Shown here: positions 59,568 to 64,000 of the stretch, one piece after another
Position numbering within the stretch: position 1 is the stretch's first letter
How the letters are laid out: the number at the start of each line of letters is the position of its first letter
Source of the DNA: Pocillopora damicornis
Lineage: Eukaryota
Direction: 5' to 3'
NCBI RefSeq assembly: GCF_003704095.1
Contig: NW_020845065.1
Span: 186,001-250,000, forward strand
Length of the DNA: 64,000 nt
Made by a program: the position numbers and the translations under genes
Notes under the pieces: model-generated
What the model was told of the DNA's origin: nothing
Databases searched by the model: none
Seen by the model: the letters and a program-made list of their open reading frames with translations, nothing else

Positions 59568-61851
59568 ATGGCGAATTTGACCTGTTCAAATCGGGGCCGA
59601 GGCAAAATTATTATTTTGTTTCCGTTACTCTTAATGTTTTTTCTCCCTAAAGGTAAGTTTAATCGAATGCTTAAACCGAAACATACGCGTCGTTCTGATC
59701 TATATTCGACAAAACTTTATATTACGCGTCAGAAAGATTAGTAAAAATCTAAAAGACAACAAATACAATTACAAACGTTGGCGAGGTTTGTGTGTTCACC
59801 GGACACAGGAACTAATGTGCAAGCCTGATGCTTTGAAAAAAAACTCAATGAATTCCAATTCTTTTAACAATCAATCGACGACAGGATAAAATCCTTAGAA
59901 GAGAAGAAATTAGTTTCACTCATTCCAGTTTAAATGTTTTAACTGACATATGTAATTAGAGACGATGAGACAACCGCGCTCAAAGAAATCAGTATCTTTT
60001 AAATGCATATTAAATCTCTCTTGTCATTTCTTTTTTAAGTATTCATTCTCAATAATTCCAATTTTACTTTGAACTGGTTCAAAAATATTAATTTACTTAT
60101 CTCAACACTATTCCGATCACTCGGAGACTTAACTCGTTGAACCAAGGCAGCCATCTCTGTTCTTAAATTAAAGCGTACAAATTCTATAACAAAAATTTCA
60201 GAGACCCTCAAGCAAGACAGGGTAAGAACTAAGTAAATACCTCACGAAATTGACGGATGACCGCCAGAAACCTGCGGTGTCGCTCTATGAAGCTATCATG
60301 AATGTCTACCTTGCTAAGTCAGGTATTTGTGAGGGCTTTGAGGTTTCAGAGCATCAAAACAAGTATAGTGACGCCGCAAGAGGATTATGTGTGAAGAGAA
60401 AATTGAGTTTTCCCCGTTTCGTGGTTGGTGCAACTTAAATTCTTTTGTTAAGTATTACACGTAAAATGAAAATGAGTAGATAACTAACATGATATACTCG
60501 TTTACTGGAAAAATAAAACCGTAAGTTTCCTATTCAGCTCATCTTATCACCAAAGCTTCTTAAGAAATCTACAGATTTAATTCCTTTACTTTACTTCTTC
60601 TGTCCTTTTCTGTTTCTAAAAATTTGATTTGACTCCGAAAATCCAAGCAGAAATTAAAAACGACAAAGTTTTCCATCACGATGGATTATCTGACTTCAGT
60701 TTTGTGGTGCATAGGTACAACGTAAAGATTTTAATCAGTCTTATAACTGGTTTTACTAACATTTTAATTCTTACGGATGATAATCTGAAAAATCAATAAT
60801 ATTATCGTTATTCGCCTCGAGCTAAAATAACCATGTGGTAAAAACACAAAATTTAATTTTTCCTTTCTTAGAATCACGTCTATAATAAGGCGAAGGACTG
60901 TTTCTCATACTAGCAAAATTAAGAAGAAGCGAGTTTTTATTTTCGTTTTCATATGCCTTCTAGACATACCAAAGCAAAAACAAAGTTACAGGGGGCTTAT
61001 TAAATCTCTCTTCTCAAAAAGCCAGATGGTAAAAGGGATTTATTCAAAGTGATTTTAGCGAAAGCAAGAAAAACATACACCCCTCCAATGATTTTCAGGC
61101 CATTTTCGCTATTGTGTGGCGCGTGCTCCATCAATATTCATTTCAAATTTAACGCCAGTAAGTCTTAATAAGTCCCGATGTATCACGACATGTTAATCCA
61201 TTTATAAAACCTTTCACGCGCAGCGTACGAGTTTCCCAATAAGGTAGAGCCATCAGAAAGTTAAGAAGAAACCACTATGTTTGGCAATAATATTGCCTGT
61301 AAACTCCATCATCATTATCATCTTTGTCATCATTATTATCAGCAGTGGTAGAAGTAGGAGTAGTGCATATTTCAACGTAACGCTCAGACATCGAATTAGC
61401 TAAGCCAAGCAAAAAACAGCTTTCGTTAACAGCCTCCTCAGACACAAAATTAATATCGTTATCATCATAATTTATATCTTTTTTAGCATTTAGCCTACGA
61501 TGTAACGTCTGCGAAAGCGGAGAGTCATGGGAAAACTGCGACAGAAACATGACGATAAAAGAGTGTACCGCACAAGAAGGGAGATGCGTCAAATATGACT
61601 ATCACGTGACATACGATAACACTACCATGCCACAATCGAAGCGTTTTCAACGTGATTGTTTGCCTCCAGCCCAGTGCTCTAGCAGTACACTTCAAGCTTG
61701 TAGAGACCTCGAGAAGCCTGGTATCCCGATGAAAGTAACGTGTCACGTGTCATGTTGTGCCGAAGACTCTTGCAATTCTCAAGTAAAGACAAGTGCCTCT
61801 GTTCTAGTAATGATTATCATTCTTCTAACTGGGGCCACCTTTCAAATTTAA
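59568..61851 (+). CDS. Ly6/uPAR (three-finger) GPI-anchored protein E, 149 aa, 12 Cys
   Basis: Signal exon 59568-59652 (MANLTCSNRGRGKIIILFPLLLMFFLPK, AAG|GTAAGT) joined to 61487-61851: AFSLRCNVC...ENC...KEC...GRC...FQRDCLPPAQC...QAC...VTCHVSCCAEDSCN, followed directly by a GPI signal. Confidence 0.9.
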
Positions 61852-63699
61852 GAGACAGTAAGAACATTACTGTCTCTTTATTCAACACATTGAACTGATC
61901 TCTGGAAAAACTGCCTCTTTTATGATCAATCGTCATCAACTTGACCAAATGTTATGTCGTTAAGTTTATTGACTGTTTTTTTCAATGTCGAGAAGGATTT
62001 TATTTCACAGTGGAGAACATTTAGAAGTAATTATAATTTGCTCGAACAATAGGCCCAACAAACTGATTGGGGTCCAATTTTAATCAACTTTAAGCCACAT
62101 TTCCTTCCTTTCCGATTTCGAATCACATGTGATATTAAAGCACAAAATGTATGTAGTTGTGGAAAAATCCAGTTTGGGTTTAATACAAATGATCATTCAA
62201 TGGCAGATTAGCATTCAGACACACACTCAAGATATTCACACAAGCACTTTAAAATAAGCACTAACACTACTTATGCAAGTTTGCAAGATTGAGTAGCTCT
62301 GCTTGTGGGCGCAGGAGGAAGACCATGCGCATACGTGCATTTTGGGCGCTGCTGTAAAAGCCCCTCAATTTCTTAATAAAAATGTTCTTAAAGGTTCTGA
62401 ATAAGTAAAGTTTTTTGTGATAAAGTTTACTTTAATCGAGTAAAACCTTTGTTTAACTGGCCGTTGTGTCTGAATCAAGCAATCTCAAGAAATACATTCT
62501 CGGCAGCCGTGAACCATTTTTTTTTTAGTTCAAAATACTATTCTTTATCAAGGCATTTCATTTCAAATAAAATTGTCCGTCTCTACTTAAGATATGTTTG
62601 GCATCTGAACCTACCACACTTGTCAAGTGTTTTTTTTTTTTTTCTTTTTTTCACGTCCCTCCCCTCCCCTCCCCACTTAAATATCAATTTTGATTCTTTT
62701 TCGAGCGGCAAATGTTCTCGCTATCGACATCGACGAAAGGGGAAATGTTTCTGCAATCAGGAATGTTACAAGAACTGTAAGCCTGGTCTTTATCATTATT
62801 AATGTTAACATTGTTGTCATCATTATCATCACCACCATTGCCGTTAACTTGGTTAACTTCTTACAAATAGGAGTGTCGCAAAAAATTGACGGTTGAACTT
62901 CGCTGTCATCGAGCTCTCTTGAAATCAAGCCATGAAACTGTCTAATTCAATCCACCTGTTATGGTAATTCCAAAAAATAAATCTGTCAATAAGACAGACT
63001 TGTCATTGTATAATAATTTCGCGGAATCTATACGGACTCCGCAGCCGCTGGTTAACTCGATATCAATCGAAGAGGACTGTATTCTATCTTCTTTTCCAAG
63101 TTTTATTCTCGACGAACTCCGCCGACGTTCTATCAATTAATTCTATCAATTCTCTCGTTGTAACAGTTCAAACATTCTCCCAAATCCAACTTATGCTATA
63201 TCTATTACAGTCTCTCATAGTTCGCCTTGCGTAACTACCAGCAAGTGTTTTCCCTACAATCACGAGTGCAGTAAATTCCCAAGTCAACCTACTGTAATAT
63301 GCCTATACTTAATTCTTATTATCCAAAAGCACGTTTTCCCTTCCTTACTAGGCGGACTAAACGCGAGCAATTACTGCATCTCTCTTACAGTAAATCAACT
63401 GCGGACTTTGTTTACAATATTATGAAATCTGTCAACTCTCTAGTGCAATCATTTACAATTCCGTGATAATTGATATTTACTTGGACATTTAATCAATGCC
63501 TAATTCGTAACTAATATTCCCCGACAAATAATCTTTTAGCGGAGATGTGGACCGCACTCCGTTCTTCACTGGTTAATGAAAGGTTTATGATAGGAAAAGG
63601 TTTTTCCTTCAATGATCCCCAATTCACATACAATTCACCCACCGATTTGTTTTTAAGACAGCTTAGTAAACAAAGCAACCCAAAACTTAGCAAATATCA

Positions 63700-63900
63700 T
63701 TTCACGGCGGTTCGTTGCTAGGTTTTTTTTTTTCCTCCCAGAAGCGCAGGCGCGCATATGTCTGCGGTAATTGCCATGACTATTCCAACGTAAATCAAGA
63801 TGGCAGCGAATTTGGATAAAGTCGTGTTCGATCTAAGTGGCCAAACACATTTTTCAGAGAGGGGAAAGACATTTTTAACACAAGTGAACTGGAGCTGAAG
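63700..63900 (+). promoter_or_regulatory. Probable promoter and first exon of the next gene (MAANLDKVVFDLSGQTHFSERGKTFLTQ...)
   Basis: CAAGATGGCAGC (YY1-like motif overlapping the ATG at 63800), NRF1-like GCGCAGGCGC, and RFX half-site-like GTTGCTAGG. The donor is uncertain. Confidence 0.4.
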
Positions 63901-64000
63901 TCTTCTCTTGAGCGGGAGTAGATAGAGGTGGTCAGGTGGGCTAAAAGACGACCAAACTATGGTATGGGGAGAATGAATAGCGGACTGGAAGAGGTTTGCG

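Noticed and set aside
62677-63136. Overlapping short ORFs near the right end
   Set aside because: They have stops in all frames over a short range, are partly driven by (ATC/ATT)n simple sequence, and show no identifiable homology.

Overview
AT-rich, intron-containing animal genomic DNA. The repeat families suggest a scleractinian coral, which is an inference and not a database match. The window has three assembly gaps (39765-39864, 54703-54761, 56985-57084). Left half: a 3-exon p24/TMED3-7 cargo-receptor gene (minus strand) lies head-to-head with a 27-exon, ~1,890-aa CEP152/Asterless gene (plus strand). The CEP152 carries a Tyr-rich low-complexity insert and a long Trp-terminated repeat array with 19/23-residue spacing. 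Right half (27.1-61.9 kb): a cluster of five highly diverged, predicted GPI-anchored Ly6/uPAR (three-finger) genes. Four have a 12-Cys framework, one has lost a matched Cys pair, and one appears to have two alternative signal-peptide exons, each preceded by a perfect CRE. Embedded in the cluster is an intact 3-exon class A GPCR whose canonical activation motifs are all replaced (D2.50N, DRY->DAY, CWxP->CTSP, NPxxY->FSIVC). The best candidate for an undescribed system is this three-finger-protein array plus the atypical receptor. Also present: probable first exons of unidentified genes at both edges, piggyBac-like MITEs, tRNA-derived SINEs, decayed hammerhead-ribozyme repeats and several tandem repeats. 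All gene models were assembled by eye from GT-AG sites and reading-frame continuity.
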